64,000 nt of DNA from Phoronis australis (lineage: Eukaryota > Animalia > Phoronida). Both the position numbers and the translations under genes were made by a program. Numbering within the stretch: the stretch's first letter is position 1; every line of letters starts with the position of its first letter. The stretch is taken from the NCBI GenBank assembly GCA_002633005.1, contig NMRA01000783.1, positions 84,004-148,003 of the forward strand. Reading direction: 5' to 3'. The notes below the pieces were generated by a model. It had not been told where the DNA came from. It saw only the letters and a program-made list of their open reading frames with translations, and searched no databases. Below are positions 61,981 through 64,000 of this stretch, piece after piece.

Positions 61981-62921
61981 CCTTCGACTACATTCTTCGC
62001 AAAGTCACGCGTACGGAGTCCAGTAATATCCATGAGTAATGTGATTAGGGTGCGGCTTTATACTTCCTCAAAGAATTATGGTTTAACGACACTTTTGCCA
62101 TTCACTACATGTACATGCACATGTACTTAAACCGTAATATACATGTATAGAAATAACTCGAATACCGGCATCAGTATGCGTCTGAATAAACAAGTCAAAT
62201 TCATGTTTTATGATTTTCGAGGCGATTTTTTGACTAGTAGACAGTGCCTTGTTGTTCACTATAGAATTGAAAATAAAGAAACATCATGGCAAGGACACCT
62301 TTAATTCAAGCCGACTAATTAAACGCACTTAAATCGTGACTGTCGCCTTCATTCATGTTTCGCCAAAGCTACCCATCACATTGTCAGGTGACTGGTGCAA
62401 ATAGGTGTCATGTTTTCCTCGAGGATATGACTTTATTCGGCGTCATCGTTTCTTAACATCAAACAGACAATTGTTACCTTGAAATGTTTCGCCGTGTGAA
62501 AATCAGACGGTCGACCTTTTACTATAATGCGTGTTTATACCGGGAAAGAATGCGAAATTTTCCTTTGTTGTCATTTCTTGTGTTCAAGTATTACTTTGAG
62601 TTAAAATCTGTTGAATTTTGAACTTCTTAAAACTGCTCAAATCTATTTAAATTTGCAAAATTGTCTTAGCAGTTGTAAACAATAACATAAGCGAATGAAT
62701 GATGAATCGTTTATTCTCATTTGTTCCAGAATTCATGGCTGTTTAGCCAGGTGGTTGACAATCAGCAAGTAAGTAATTTCAAAGGATGGCCTAAAAGAAC
62801 TGGGAAGCTATGAAAATCGTTTCGCTGATTTAGTAACAACGTTTTTAGCTAAATTTAGCTTGATCATATCATTGCGTGAGCTATAGGGGGTCAGATGTCT
62901 CGTCATCCACATAAGCACTTA

Positions 62922-63532
62922 TAGTCAGGTTCACTATGTCCAAATTTTGACAGTCGTTGGAATTTTTTGGGGAAAGTGGAAACTATAATTTTTGGAAACC
63001 TCATGGAATGACGAATCAGAAAATAATTGAGTCCATTTTTTCGGTGGCCATCTTGGCGGCCATCTTCGATTTTCAAAAATGGCGCCGGTAAAATGGATTT
63101 TGCCCAATATATCCGCCCTTGGGTCACTGAGAATGTTAGTTTTTTATGGCTACACCTGCAGTTCTGAGGTCAATGAATTGGAAATTTTGATTTTATTCTA
63201 AGTGACCCAAGAGCAAAGATACTGAGGAAAATGTATTTTCCTGGCACCATTTTTAAAAATCCAAGATGGCCCCCAAAAATCGAAATTTCCAATTCCTTGA
63301 CCACAGAAATGCAGGTGTAGCCATAAAACCAACATTCTAAGTGACCCATAAGCGGAGATATTGGGCAAAATCCATTTTACCGGCACCATTTTTGAAAATC
63401 CAAGATGGCCGCCAAAAAATGGAATGAACTATTTTCTGATTTGTCGTTCCATGAGGTTTACAAAAATGTAGTTTCCACTTTCCCCCAAATAATTCAACGA
63501 ATGTCAAAATTTAGACATAGTGAACCTGACTA
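62922..63532. mobile_element. Near-palindromic non-autonomous TIR element (Academ-like TAG..CTA ends, TTA TSD), 611 bp
   Basis: TAGTCAGGTTCACTATGTC...GACATAGTGAACCTGACTA, inverted arms of ~270 bp, TTA on both flanks. Confidence 0.8.
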
Positions 63533-64000
63533 TTAACCAAGACGCTGCAACTTGTTTTTTACCATTGAAAAGACGCTAGTGCTCGGCTGCATGTAACTGT
63601 CCTACTAGGGACTCAACTATGTTCCCTAAAGCTTCATCGCGTTTGTGGACTTTCTGTAACACTACATTTTTTCTGCTAGTTTGTCTTTATTGTTAAGTTT
63701 TAGCTTCTATACGCATCAAGAAAAAATTCTATGTTTAATTCGTAACACTGTTGAAATAAACGGGAACCTTTCCACTCAACGTCCTTAATTTAAAGAGTAC
63801 CTACTCCTTACTTATTTTCTCAGAAATATTGGCTGGTTTTTCACACTTTGTACCATTAAAAATGTAATTTAAAAGGAAGAGCTCACAATGAATATAAACT
63901 GTTAGACAACTACATGTATAACATTGTGAGTTCCCAAAGTTCACATACGGTGACCAATTGGAGACTATTGTTGAGTCCCTCTTGGGATTTTTTCATGCAA

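Overview
AT-rich, intron-rich animal genomic DNA, probably a marine invertebrate such as a mollusc (inferred from the gene and repeat content). It is draft assembly, with two N-gaps and several single Ns. The window has three parts. (1) From 1 to ~35.6 kb on the + strand lies an essentially complete discs-large (DLG1/SAP97-type) MAGUK gene. I reconstructed 21 phase-consistent GT-AG coding exons (L27, PDZ1-3, SH3, HOOK with I3-like insert, GK; ~810 aa). There are also three candidate frame-preserving microexons and a 360-bp duplication of the PDZ3 exon that is probably an assembly artefact. (2) From 37.0 to 42.2 kb on the - strand lies an intact 6-exon secreted fibrinogen-related (FReD) gene (signal peptide, coiled coil, FBG domain; 288 aa). 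A tandem FReD pseudogene with in-frame stops follows at 48.2-53.9 kb. (3) The distal half is rich in transposons. The most striking is a 1662-bp internally deleted Kolobok element (TTAA TSD, 158-bp TIRs) with convergent remnants of a THAP transposase and a Cys-rich KolX/P2X7-ballast-like ORF. Each TIR ends in an ETS-CRE-like plus E2F motif cassette. Other elements are a second Kolobok end, IS3EU-like, ISL2EU-like and Academ-like non-autonomous elements, a Helentron-type element and tRNA-derived SINEs. All calls come from manual reading and translation; no database searches were run.
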